From the NCBI GenBank assembly GCA_964187785.1, contig OZ076415.1, positions 1,736,001-1,800,000 of the forward strand: a DNA stretch of 64,000 bases, written 5' to 3'. Numbering within the stretch: position 1 is the first letter of the stretch; every line of letters starts with the position of its first letter. This document shows positions 23,938 through 36,401 of this stretch, piece after piece. A program made the translations under genes and the position numbers. Below the pieces are notes generated by a model. That model searched no databases. It saw nothing but the letters and a program-made list of their open reading frames with translations, and was not told the origin of the DNA. This DNA is from Amphiscolops sp. MND2022. Its lineage: Eukaryota.

Positions 23938-26791
23938 ATTTTTCATATTGCGTACAGGTAGGAGCAACTTCTGCTTTCCGGCCCCGAAGGGTCCAGATCT
24001 AGGAAAACGTTTTGGGAGGGTCCTAGATTATTTATAGCATTTTTCTGGCCCTCTGGGCTTTGTGCTAGTGTTATTCCTGCGTTTTCCCCGTGTTTCTGAG
24101 GTCTACTTAGAGAAATTAACCGTTCTTAACAGTGTACCCCCTTTTTCCTCACTAAAACCTAATAAAAAAGCTATTCCGGCCTATCCGGAACGTTTTTTAA
24201 AGGGTTTTCTAGCTTATTTTCAGCTAATTTGCAATGTATGGGGACAGAGAGGACGAGCGCCGAAGGTTCCCACCAGCTGTGATGACGTGGTGATGTCCTA
24301 CACAACCACTCCTCCCACGCCCCTGTGATTGCAGTACATCACGTCAGACGGGTGAAATCGTCTTTTTTCTTAATTTAACGGCCCAAAAAGAGTATTCCCA
24401 GGCCTATCACCATTATAACTAACTGAGAAAAATACCCATAGGGTATTCCGATCAGTTGTTAAAAAATTTGAGCTCAAAAACCTCGAAAATAACGTTATTT
24501 ATAGCTCAATTACCGAAATTTTCAATTTTGAAAATAAATATTTTATCAAACAGAGTAAGGCCAGTGGGAATACTAAAAAAACGTTCCAACAGACCCTCTG
24601 GGTCAGGAACAAAAAATTTTGCAGGGCCATTTTTCCAAAAATAGCGAAAAATTCAGCAATATCTGTTAAAAAATCGTCAAATTTGGCCATTTTGACCCAA
24701 CTTGACGAGGGCTAAGCCTTGGACACTAGCTCCCAAGCTTCTGAATCAGCCCAAAAATCTTTTTCCCCAACTTGGTAGCACGAAACACTACTACCAAGTT
24801 GTTTTTTAAGGCTCCCCAATAGAAATTGAAACTTTAATAACTTGTTTCTTTTGATATACATAGATCTGAGCAGAGGACCCCATAGACCTGAGCGATATAA
24901 CACCAAAAATAGTAATTGAACGAACCCCAACCCCATAAAATAAGTTGTCACACTCTCCCACAGTACTATTGGAACAATCCCAAACGCCCAAGAACCGATA
25001 AATAAAAATTTCTTGGTGAAAACACGTTATTTCAGTATTGTTCCGAGAGTGTAAAAAGTGCAACTTGAAAAATTTTTGACAGACCCTATTTGGGACCTAC
25101 CAGGTTTCGCTTGCTTATTTTCTGTTAGTATATACCCTAACGTTACAAACGCAGAAAACCGCGAGTGATTCCAACCAGTGGTTGTCGAGAAATAGCCGAA
25201 AACGCGTTATTTTTGCGACATTTTGGGAACCATATAGTAGTGCTTCCAGCACAAGTCGAAATCTCTCCTAGTAGGAGCAGCCTCAAACGGATTGCACCAG
25301 CGTGTAGACCATAAAAAGTTACGTTAGTGGTGTAATTTTCGTAGCGCTAGCATTACTAGTGATTGAGAAATCTTAGCCGCAGTTTTGCTCAAAAATCGTG
25401 TGAAAATGTCGAAAAATTTGAATTTTGGTTGAGCATAGTGCAATACCTCGCAGGTATCCCAACACTAAAATTCTTGCATTTTCGTGCGCACGGCACCAGA
25501 TCACGACGATTTGTGCAATTTGAGCAGCCGGCTACAAGCCAAAGCTGAGAAATTGACATTTTTGTGAATTTTGACCCGAAAAAATGGTACCTCTAGTACA
25601 TCAAGGTTTTGTCACTTCATATTGCTAGAAATTGATCAAGGCACCTCGCCGCTCTGTTTTTCTGTTACATGGGCACAAGTTAAGCTCACATGCAAGATTT
25701 CAGGTAGCTAGGAAGCCTAGAAGACGAGTTTGACCACTTTTTGCGAATTTCGTGATATAGTCAACTTTTCAATGAACATTGCTAAGTGACCGTAACACCC
25801 ACAGGGTCAATTTCTGTACAATCGGCGTTCAATTTCCCATGATTCAGCTGACGTAATATATGGTGTGAAATATTCAAGTCGCTACGAGCTCTGGAAGTGA
25901 TTTTCACCCTTCTCAGACGTGCCGATTGACGACAAATTTGCTAATTTGGTGAAAATTGAATAGAGAACAGCCCCCTTCCAGTCCCCAACAACCAATGTAA
26001 GGTCTTGAAAATAACTCTTCAATACAAGGAGCACTTCCCACGCTCCCAATAGAGCCGCATCGACTGCAATAGCAGTACTCCCAAAACTCACGGCCTCCAA
26101 AGAACTCACTCTGCTGACAAAAAAAAAATTTGGACACCCCAATACCGAATTTTCTAAAAAAGTAAAACAGTATCCCCATTAGCTCAACAGCTTTAATTCA
26201 AATCGCCTTCCTAACTAAACCCTTTCTTTCGTACCAATCCCCGAATCCTTTTCCAATCCTCCATTCCACTGTACCCGAATCAGAAAATTGAGAAAACTTA
26301 GTGAGTGACAAGTTCGTCCAACCGAAAGAGCGCACTGCGCTTAAAGCATATTGACCACTACCATTCATCCAAATAATCAGCCACCCACAATATTGATTAA
26401 AGCTCAATAGGCAATTCCATTGCCTATTCCAAAGTGAATTAGTAAATAAAACGTAAATAATCAAAAAAAAATAATTTTTAGTTCCCCTCCACTCAGTGGA
26501 CAGTCGAAACGAAATTTTCAGTTAAATGTTAGTATTTAGAATTAAACTAGCCCTCTTACCAAAGCTAGTCCTAACCTTTTTGTTAACCTCAATTCTGTAG
26601 TCGCTCCCTGCCTATAGCGACCACATACGTACAAACAAAAAAATTTTTTTTAGAAAAATCAACAACCAACCTAAAATCATCTCCCATCCTTTCTTAGGAG
26701 GGAAGGGTGAGACAAAGAAATTAAAAATTCCTTATTCAAGAATTCCCCTTTTCGTTTACAACCAGAACCCATACGCTAAAAATTGACCAGA

Positions 26792-29700
26792 ATGAACAGG
26801 AACCCTCCCAAAAGTTTCCATGCCACCAATCCATTTGGCAATATAGCGAGAGATGCAACCAGTTGGGAGACTCTTACTAACAGTTCTCCTGAACCTACCA
26901 TTACAGACATGTTTTTAGAATTCATGTCTGACTACATCCCCAGCACAGATCAAAACACGGAGATGACAACCGCAGCAGAACAGCTCGGTTCGTCGCAAGC
27001 TTCCCCTGACAGTACTCATCCAGTGGATAGTACAGGAAATACTACGCGAAGTAACGCGTGGCCCCCTCTAGAAGTCACCGACTATAGCCTAGAGGAATGG
27101 CCCAACTCAAATAAAAAAACCCAAAATGAAATAAGTGCTGCCGAAGAAACGGCATCACAAAATAGTAATCACTCAACTCCTGTGGCGGCCCCCCGCACTC
27201 CTTTGATTAAAAAGAACCCGCTGGGTTCCCACGCACCAGATATTAACACAAATCGAAACGATCAGAACCCCTTTCTAAGCGGATACGCACAAAAAACAGG
27301 GCCATCTACGGCACCTGCCCAGCCAAACGACGATCAACCAACACAAACGGAAAATAACCCATTGAGGTATGTCTTTAGAACACCTCCATCTAGAAACTTA
27401 GATCTTGCCCCAAGGCGAATGGACAGATTAGATCATACCCCTAATTCCAGAACCAGTATGGAAACGGCCCCTGACTCGACCGTTACGAAAGTCACGAAAG
27501 AGTCCCAAGCAGTAAGGGAAGAATTTCGAAACAGCCTGGCTCAGCTATCACAAGTACATTCACGACTGTCACGAGAAAATACTGAGCATGTAATAAGGGC
27601 TGATGTCATTATGAGAGACATGGATGAAATGAGGAAAGGCCTGCTAGAAATACAGGCCGAAGGGCGTCAAAGCCAAGGAAGACTGGAAGCATCCATGGCT
27701 TCTCTCAACGACTTAATAAAGCAGAGGGAAAGCATAGCAGACACGCGCATGGCCGAAATGTCCGCTGTGATGAAAGAGAGAGACCGTCAAGCAGACGAAC
27801 GGATGAAAATGATGTCAGATCTCATGCAGCGTAGAGAAACCGACGCAAACACCAGAATGATAGACTTGATGACCACGATGAAGGATTTGACGCTTGGAGT
27901 AAGAGCGATGGCAGCCCAAACTGCAACAACTCAAACAAAAGTAATGCCAGTGGCGTCGATGATCTCAAATTCAGACGGATACCCCTCCACTAGCGCAGCA
28001 CCAAACCCAACGCAAACTGCTTACCGCAAGGTGGCCCAGTCCAACGCCGAGCAAGCAAAGCCCTTGAAGCTGATACCACCCGCAACCTACAAAAGGGACC
28101 TGCCACGAACTAACAAAATGGCAAGAGTGATAACAGAGTCCCGCGACGTGGGCACGGACCCATTAACCAGCATCTCATTTGATCCGTTTGCTCGCGGTGC
28201 ATCAACAACGGGAGATTATTACTCACCCGCAAGCGGTATGACCACAAGGGAATCAAATTACCATACTGCTAGGACGAACGTCAGTGAAAATTCCCCCAAA
28301 CAAGCATACCTAGACTTGATCCCGCGGCCAGTAGCCACAAGTACACAGCGAAAATCCACAACGAAAAGAAACCTAGAAGAAAATAATGACGAAATCGAAC
28401 AGCCTTCAGAATCGCCAAAAGCAACGCCAGACACCCCAAGAACTAGCCAACGACAAGCATTGGCGGAGGCGATCTCAACTGCTATGTCCAAAGGCTTGGA
28501 ACCGTTACTCGCGGCGAAAGAATCGAAGAATAAACCCACAAAGTATCGAGGGACCAAAGACGGAAACGCCGACGGGTGGATGATGCTGATGAAGCGCCAC
28601 TTGGAGAAGGCACACACCAGAGCTACTCCTCTCGACAAGGCCTGGACCATAATAGAGTACCTGGAACATGAGGCCCGTGACTACATCACTAACAAATCCG
28701 AAGCGGAAAGAGACACCGATGAAAAAGTCTTTGCATTGCTGGCACGACGATTCGGAACTGGATCAAGCAAGATCCATATACAGCAGCAGTTCCGTACACG
28801 CAACCAAAGCAATGAAGAAGACTACATGCAATATCTCGATGCTCTCGAAGGCCTGCGCAGTCAAGGCTACCCCAACGAAGAGGTTACCGTTCGCAGATAT
28901 GAGATAATGCAAAAATTCATCGAGGGTGTACGCAACTTTGAACTCAAAAGGAACCTCGCCTTAATGTATGCGCAAGAACAGTATGTTGAAGCACCTCCAA
29001 CGGTAGAAGCGCTTCGCTTCACAGTCCAACAATACCTGCGCATGCGTGGTTCTAACCGCTCAGACAACTACCAAATGCCCCAGCCTCAACACCCTCAGCC
29101 TCAACAACCGAATCAACAACCGAAATTGCCTCAGGCAATTCCACCGCCGATACCGCAACCCCAACAAATTCCACCTCCACAACAACTAGCACCCTACCGA
29201 CCACAACCCCAACGAGCATGCTTCAATTGTGGGGACCCATCACACTTCGTAATCGATTGCCCACTCAAAGACCGTGCACGGAAACCGGTACAGCAACAAG
29301 TAAATTCTTGTCACACCAACCCCTCCGGTGGATGGACTTGTCCATCACAACCCCACGGAGTGAACAACGAAGTGTACCCAGCATCCCTACCAATCCAAGG
29401 AACTGTAGCTTTCTGTGTCAATTGTGGATGTGCCGAACATTCCGCATCGGAATGCATATCCCCAGAATATCCCAGACAAGAAGAACAAATAAGGGCAGCA
29501 TGGTATGCACCGCACACCAATCAATTCGAAGGCGCATCACAGGATGATCAAGTCAGAGTAATCTCGGTAGCAGAGGCCGGAGGCCCTTCCCGTCCTGTCG
29601 TCATTACTTGCGGCGAAAAACAAGTGCTTACCACATTGGAAGCACCCGCCCCCGACTGCACCGAGACACTCATCTCCATACACTTACTTCTCTCGGCTGA

Positions 29701-30883
29701 ACAAAAAACACGTCCTGAATTGACGTTAGCGCAATTAAAAGAGGAGCTATGCAGAAATTCCAAGTATACTATCGCAGCTCGACCGCTACCGCATTTCACC
29801 CGAGAGGACGAGACAAAATTGGCCCCAATACAGAAAGTAAAAACAATTTCCCCAGTACCGGTAGCCATTAATGTAGACGGGGTCGACATGAAATTTGACG
29901 CCATCGTAGTGGTAGAAGGTTACTTCCCTCAGGGATTATACTTAGGTCGCCAGGAGTTGAGATGTTATAACATTGGAGTACAAGACACTCAAGGGGAAGC
30001 TAGCATCGACGAACGAGCTTCTTTGGTAGTTGCCTTTGGCAGCAACCTCCAAGAGTCCATTCCCTTGTATGGTATGATTGACACGGGTTCTGGTGTTTCT
30101 ATCCTCTCCCTTGCAGCGTACCAAAAGATTGCTTCCGCCCATTCGTTGAGCCTCATGCCGTACGACATCCACTTATACGCAGCAAACGGCAAAACAATAA
30201 CGACGGTCGGCATGGCAGAAAACGTAAATTTCCAATTGGGCGGCCACTCATTGAAGACTAACTTCATCGTCATTGCTGATCACTTAGGGGCTGAAGACTT
30301 CCTGTTAGGACGCAACTTCTTACGCACCTATAATGTCCTCGTGGACTTGACCGCCATGAGGGTCACCATCAGGGACCCAAAAACTCCACGCCATTTCAAA
30401 CCAATCCATGAGGTTAGTGACCATGAACCTTCCTTAGTAGTGTCCACCGACAAAGTTGTACTAGGACCTTTCGAACGCAAGTTAGTTAGAGCACAAGTCA
30501 TCACTCAAGATCCCAATGAATATCGTTTCCGTAATGTAATGATACGCCCCAGCGGGGTGTACAACCGAAGTTCCTTTGTTTCAGAAAACACCCTAACTTC
30601 GGTGGGAGACGATGGCACGATATACATGGCCGTAAGAAACAAAACCGCCATTGAAAACTTACAAATTTATAGTCGAACTCTCCTAGGCAAGGCAGAGCCT
30701 ACCGTTTTTAAGTTTAGACCGATTCCGGTCGACCAAACCGATAGAACCTCTATGCCTCTGATAGAACAAGTTAATAATATTAATATTGTTGATCTTGACG
30801 ATACAAGCAGTGAATTCAGTTCTTTCGCACAAAACTTTTTATCATCTACTGAGTTGTCCGAAGAGGATATGTCAGAAAATTAA
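26792..30883 (+). CDS. Gag-protease part of element 3 polyprotein (first ATG 26792)
   Basis: Coiled-coil region; capsid-like segment (PTKYRGTKDGNADGW...RRFG...FRTRNQ); two CCHC knuckles (29219-29260, 29414-29455); aspartic protease IDTGS (D at 30080) and LLGRNFL; dUTPase-like beta segment before RT. The stop at 30881 is in frame with RT. Confidence 0.92.
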   Translation: MNRNPPKSFHATNPFGNIARDATSWETLTNSSPEPTITDMFLEFMSDYIPSTDQNTEMTTAAEQLGSSQASPDSTHPVDSTGNTTRSNAWPPLEVTDYSLEEWPNSNKKTQNEISAAEETASQNSNHSTPVAAPRTPLIKKNPLGSHAPDINTNRNDQNPFLSGYAQKTGPSTAPAQPNDDQPTQTENNPLRYVFRTPPSRNLDLAPRRMDRLDHTPNSRTSMETAPDSTVTKVTKESQAVREEFRNSLAQLSQVHSRLSRENTEHVIRADVIMRDMDEMRKGLLEIQAEGRQSQGRLEASMASLNDLIKQRESIADTRMAEMSAVMKERDRQADERMKMMSDLMQRRETDANTRMIDLMTTMKDLTLGVRAMAAQTATTQTKVMPVASMISNSDGYPSTSAAPNPTQTAYRKVAQSNAEQAKPLKLIPPATYKRDLPRTNKMARVITESRDVGTDPLTSISFDPFARGASTTGDYYSPASGMTTRESNYHTARTNVSENSPKQAYLDLIPRPVATSTQRKSTTKRNLEENNDEIEQPSESPKATPDTPRTSQRQALAEAISTAMSKGLEPLLAAKESKNKPTKYRGTKDGNADGWMMLMKRHLEKAHTRATPLDKAWTIIEYLEHEARDYITNKSEAERDTDEKVFALLARRFGTGSSKIHIQQQFRTRNQSNEEDYMQYLDALEGLRSQGYPNEEVTVRRYEIMQKFIEGVRNFELKRNLALMYAQEQYVEAPPTVEALRFTVQQYLRMRGSNRSDNYQMPQPQHPQPQQPNQQPKLPQAIPPPIPQPQQIPPPQQLAPYRPQPQRACFNCGDPSHFVIDCPLKDRARKPVQQQVNSCHTNPSGGWTCPSQPHGVNNEVYPASLPIQGTVAFCVNCGCAEHSASECISPEYPRQEEQIRAAWYAPHTNQFEGASQDDQVRVISVAEAGGPSRPVVITCGEKQVLTTLEAPAPDCTETLISIHLLLSAEQKTRPELTLAQLKEELCRNSKYTIAARPLPHFTREDETKLAPIQKVKTISPVPVAINVDGVDMKFDAIVVVEGYFPQGLYLGRQELRCYNIGVQDTQGEASIDERASLVVAFGSNLQESIPLYGMIDTGSGVSILSLAAYQKIASAHSLSLMPYDIHLYAANGKTITTVGMAENVNFQLGGHSLKTNFIVIADHLGAEDFLLGRNFLRTYNVLVDLTAMRVTIRDPKTPRHFKPIHEVSDHEPSLVVSTDKVVLGPFERKLVRAQVITQDPNEYRFRNVMIRPSGVYNRSSFVSENTLTSVGDDGTIYMAVRNKTAIENLQIYSRTLLGKAEPTVFKFRPIPVDQTDRTSMPLIEQVNNINIVDLDDTSSEFSSFAQNFLSSTELSEEDMSEN

Positions 30884-33800
30884 AAACGCGCGCAAACAGA
30901 CCCGAACCTATTGAAACCAATACCAGGCCCAGATCTGTCCTCCGTCCTTTCTTTTTGGGGGGAGGGAGCGAGAGATCAATTAGCAGAAGTTTTGAACGAG
31001 TACGACGACCTCTTTATGAAACATAAGGCCGACATAGGAAAGTGTACGATAGCAAAACATCGTATCGAATTGGAATCAGAAGCTATCCCCCACAGGGAGG
31101 GCGCAAGGCGAATGTCACCAGACAAAGCCGCCAAAGCCAACCAAGAAGTGAGGAACCTCTTAGCATTAGGCTTGATCCAACCTTCCTACTCGCCTTGGGC
31201 TAGTGGAATAGTAATGGTGAAGAAGAAGACAGGTGAACTTCGCTTCTGTTGCGACTTTAGACCGCTAAGTGACGTAACAGTAAAAGACGCCTTCCCCCTT
31301 CCCAGAATAGACGAAAGTCTGTCTAGGATAGGTAACGCAAAAATCTTCACAAGCATCGACATAGCATGGGCCTTTTGGCAAATACCACTGAAGAAACGCG
31401 ACAGAAGGAAAACAGCATTTGCCTGTGAATTGGGTTTGTTTGAATGGCGACGTATGCCCTTCGGGCTATGCAATGCATCCGCCACCTTCAAACGATCCAT
31501 CACAAGAGCACTTCAAAAAATCCAACAAAGACACGGAAGTGTCGTCATGGCCTACATCGACGACATAGTGATTGCAACTGAAACAATTGAAGACCACATA
31601 ATGAGGATTAAAGAAGTATTTGAATGTCTCAGGGAGGCAGGCTTTAAGATGCGAGCGGAAAAATGCGACTTCATGCGCACAGAAACCAAATATCTGGGAC
31701 GGATAGTATCAGCCGATGGAATCAAGCCCGACCCAGAAGCAGTGACCAAAATCCAAGAGTGGTTGCCACCAAGAAACAAAGAAGAACTCCAAAGCTTCTT
31801 AGGGTTTGCTAACTACTATCGCGATTTTGTCCCATTCCACGCCTCCAAAGTGCAACCCATGCAGGAATTGCTAAGGAAGAATCAACACTTCGGCTGGGAG
31901 GAAAGACATCAAGAAGCCTTCGACTCAGTGAAACAAGCCTTGTCCAATGCCACCACCTTGGCTGCACCAAACGAACAAGGACGGTTCGTGCTAGATACAG
32001 ACGCCAGCACGGTAGCTATTGCGGGTATTCTACATCAAGAACAAGAAAACAACGGCAAAACTATCCTGAGACCAATAGTTTACGGTAGTAAATCACTGAC
32101 CAAAACCCAACTGAACTACGGCGCCCCCAAACTGGAGATGTATGCAGTATTTTACTTTGTAGAGAAATTCCACTCATACCTAGCAGGTCGAGAGTTTACG
32201 CTTCGCGTAGACAACCAAGCTCTTTCATGGCTCAAAACCTACTCCATGGACCAAGCCATGATTGGCCGTTGGATCGCACGTCTAGACCAATATCATTTCA
32301 AAACAATTCACAGACCGCGTACGCAACACCGAAATGTCGATGGACTAAGCAAACGCACCAACGTTTGCATTAATCGCGAACAAATCCTTGAAAAGCTACC
32401 AGAGGTAAGCGAAGGATTTAACTTCATGTCACAAAAAGACTATGATGAACTCCCCACCGTCCCATACATCGACAAACGTGGTCACCTAATCCCAGACCAC
32501 CCTGAACTCCCCCAGAAGCTAAAGCTCGACTACCTCTGCTATACATCCTTCAGAAGAAGCGAAAGAACAATCAGCCTAACGAACCAACAGGAGATATCCC
32601 CTGGTATCCCGAAATTCAATGGGAAACCACACCGACTATGGAAGAGGATGAGCGACCCAATCGAATCTTGAGCATAACCACAAGAGTGCCTCCGGCACGA
32701 ATAGACACAACAAAGCCTGACCCGACCCTGGGGACTCTGCCTCTCGAATGTCAAAAACAAAGCTGACATTCTGAGAACCATTGAAACCGAATTGCACGAA
32801 CACCATCTAACCAAATATGGCCTCCGAGACCTACACATGGCGCAGAACAGAGACGTACACCTATTGGCACTAAAGAAACTCATGAGAAATGAGCCATTAG
32901 AAGAACCTATGTTCCCAGATGAAGTACAAGACTTCGCCAAAAGATACTACCATCAAAAGAAAGACCTGCTATTCTTGAACCCTGATGACATACTCTGTGT
33001 CAATTACGTTCCCCAGCAACGTGCCCTGCACGTACGCCCATGCATGATAATCATGCCGCAACTTTTCCAACACGAAATCCTGTACAGAGCACACGATGAA
33101 TCGGGACATCAAGGCGTAGGAAAAGTGCTGGCCAGAATACAAGAACGGCACACTTGGCCGGGAATCAAGAGGGACGTAGTAAATCACATCAAGCAATGCT
33201 TGACTTGCCAACAAGCAAAACACCCAGCGGGAAATCCTTGCTACCCCCTGCAGAGCATTAATAGTAGCAATTTCAACGACCTAGTTCAGTTCGATCATTT
33301 GAAACTCTGCAAGACCGACTCGGGCAACACCGGTCTTTTGGTAATAGTAGGTCATTTTACCAAATTTGCAGAAGCTGTCCCCTGCGCTCACGACGAATAT
33401 GACGCACAAACCACCGCAAAAATAATCCTGAACAAATGGTTTGCCAGGCATGGCACTCCTGCAAGGATGCAATCGGATAATGCAACTAACTTCACCGCTG
33501 AAATCGCCCAGGAATTAATGAAAGCCTCTCAAGTCACCAAAGTTACGTCTACCCCAGCACATCCCAGAGGAAATGGACTCGTGGAGCGCCAGAATCGAAC
33601 TTTGCTCACTCTCCTCCGAGTCTACACCTCACGCAGAATGCAAGACTGGGACGAACACATTGATGGAGTTCTGGGCGCATACAACTCCAGCAGACATGCC
33701 ACTACAGGGTTCTCACCCTACATGCTCCATCATGGCGCAGAGAAATCGATACCACTCTCGTTTATATACCCAGAGTTCGCAGCGCGAGGCTTTGATTCCA

Positions 33801-36401
33801 AAGAAGAGTTCGTTGAACACCTGTTGGCCAGACAACAAGAAATCCACGAATTAGTTCGAAGAAATACGCATCAAGCTCAACTTCGACAAAAACTAAAATT
33901 TGATCGTCACCTCAAAGCAAAAGCGCACGCCGTAGGCGACGCTGTCTGGGTATTTTGTCACATAATCCCCAAGGGCGGCACTCGCAAGCTTATACGCGCT
34001 TGGCGCGGACCCCACAAGGTCACCAACGTACTACAAGATGGACGTCTCTACGTGCTCGACACAGGTCAAAAAGTTCACTACGACAGACTAAAGAAACATG
34101 TACCAGCCCCCTGGGACTGGACCACTTACCAACCATTCGGACTAGATCAAAATGTAGCTATCATTGCTGATCCATACGTGGAAGACACTAACGAAGAAAT
34201 CACCTCCGACATCTCTAGAGACTCTCCTTTCTTCCAGAACAGCTCCCAGAGGCGTCGTTCGAAATGGAACCCACGAGACCGGTCCCCCCCGTACCATCCA
34301 AACACGAACACAAACTGCCCTAGGACAAGGGGTCCCACGCAGGAGATTCAGCCAATTCGACTACCCATCCGAATCAGACTCCGAAGCCGAAGCGGCAGAA
34401 CCTTCCCCCATGACCCCTCCCTCCCAAGTAGTATTCCCCGAAGTCGATGATCTAGAACCATTATTTTCCGACCAAGATGAAATACTGCCACCAACGCTCA
34501 TCGAAAGTTTAATACCATTACCTTCAGGAACTTCAGCTCCATTACTCTCCAACCCCTCGCTCACAGACACCTTGAGCAACTTTCCTTTGTTTAACCAACA
34601 AACAACGCACCCCAACGACCCGACTGATCCCATTCAGGCCACTGAGCCACTGGAAAACAATGACGGACCTGACCACCAAATCGCGAATCCAAATCCACCG
34701 CCTACAACCACCACAAGGGGAGGTCGACCTCGAGGTAGACCCCCTGCTCGCCGACACCAACTACCCACATCATCAAGCAAAACCACCACGTCTTCCCGGA
34801 AACCAACCACGCGGCACAGGAGAGGCCCAAGAACCAGGTTTTCTTCTAGAACCGCGCCCAGAACGCTTGACAGAGCCATGACTCTTCCTCATATTCCAGA
34901 GAGTTCATCCCCTGCTCAATCACCCCAACGTGATGATAATTCTAGACAAGCGCCACGCTACCAACTCCGAACCAACAGAGCACCGAAATATAAGTGCGGA
35001 ACCTGTGGTTCTCGTAACTGTAGTTGCGTCCAGCTAGTCACAACAGAAACCCCAAGACAGCGACTGGCCCGGGGAGCGGCGATTCCGGACTACGAGTTCC
35101 TCTTAGCACAAACAGCGAACCACCCACAACACAAAATCCTCAATGTACGAACAAAATTACATAATTCCAATATCACACCAACCGTCCGACATATCATTTT
35201 AACAATCGAAAAAACTTTTACCACTACCGAATCTGAATCCATACCACCCTTGGAATCCACCCTGAAGGAAATGCACCGATTCTCCCCCTCTGATTGCCCA
35301 ACCTATCGTTTCAAAGAGTGGACTTCTCATGAAAAAGGTGGACTTGAATTCACGCTAGCAGCAATCATTCCCCCTCTACCCCCCTCGTTTTCATTTGGTG
35401 AATTAGATGATACCTGCAGTAACCCCCTAATGATCCGCTGCATAACCGCAAACCAACTATGGCAGAAATATCACATCACTTCCCCACCAGGTGATATATA
35501 TCAACCATCCACTGGATGGTGGCTTCTAGTCACTTCCCTTGACGACTCATCATTAGTCTCACCAACTACATTATTGTTATGCCTAGAAAACCTACGCACC
35601 CTCGTAGAGTCGAACGACACCTTATGTTTTCATCTAGCTGACATTTACCGCGACACATTCTTGAGCCAACATTGGCTACAACTAATAGCCATTGTTTTCT
35701 GCAGACAAACGAAAATATGCATTCTCGACCGCTTAACGTACACGCTCGAAATACCTATTTCTCCCTTAGAAGCACTCTCCGTAATGCACAGATGGTCGTG
35801 CGTACATATGGGCAACCGCCCCCTACGTCGTACAATATGGAACGATCGCAAATCAATTTTCGCACACTTGATGTTGAACCCCCTGGAGAATCACGCAGAA
35901 GAAACTGGAAAATGGCTCATCTCACAACCAAAGATTCGCCCAAGCCACGTATCATGGATAACTTACTCCGACACGGACATCCTGCAAGCCTCTGGCACAT
36001 TAGTATTGTGCTGTCCTGCAGACCTCCAATCCCAATCAGCAACTATTCGATATATTATTCGCGAATATGGACAAGAAACTATTTTCCGTCTAAAACCTTC
36101 GGTTGGCACAGCCACTTGCTTACAGTACTCCCACACGGCACCCTGGTACAATCAAATCTTCCTCCTATACACCAGAGCCTCCACCAAATACCCACTACTA
36201 CATGAGACCCTACACGCATGCCTCAACCATCTTCGGCATCAACTCCACCAACACCAAATTTCCCGAGTCCACATACCCATCTATGACCCCGAACGATCGA
36301 TCAATCTCATTCCAACTTGGTACGCCACGCTCCGGGATCACTTCTTCGGTTCAAATCTTGAGATAGTACTCCACGATAGAGTCTACGTTTCTATTGCATA
36401 A
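30884..36401 (+). pseudogene. pol of element 3: RT-RNase H-integrase plus long C-terminal extension with tandem macrodomain-like folds; frameshifted
   Basis: RT (RFCCDFRPL, MPFGLCNA, YIDD 31553-31564); RNase H (LDTDAS, LRVDNQAL); integrase HDESGH..CLTC, QFDHL, QSDNA, GNGLVER, WRGPH; frameshifts at ~32513, ~32761, ~34225-34290; extension ORF 34164-36401. Confidence 0.92.

Noticed and set aside
28258-28650. Antisense ORFs overlapping gag/pol (also 32539-32940 and many in elements 1 and 2)
   Set aside because: Shadow ORFs from the A/C-rich coding-strand bias; no recognisable motifs.
30881-30883. Programmed gag-pol stop-codon readthrough
   Set aside because: The stop lies after the protease, is TAA without a CARYYA-like context, and is one change from GAA; a nonsense mutation is simpler.
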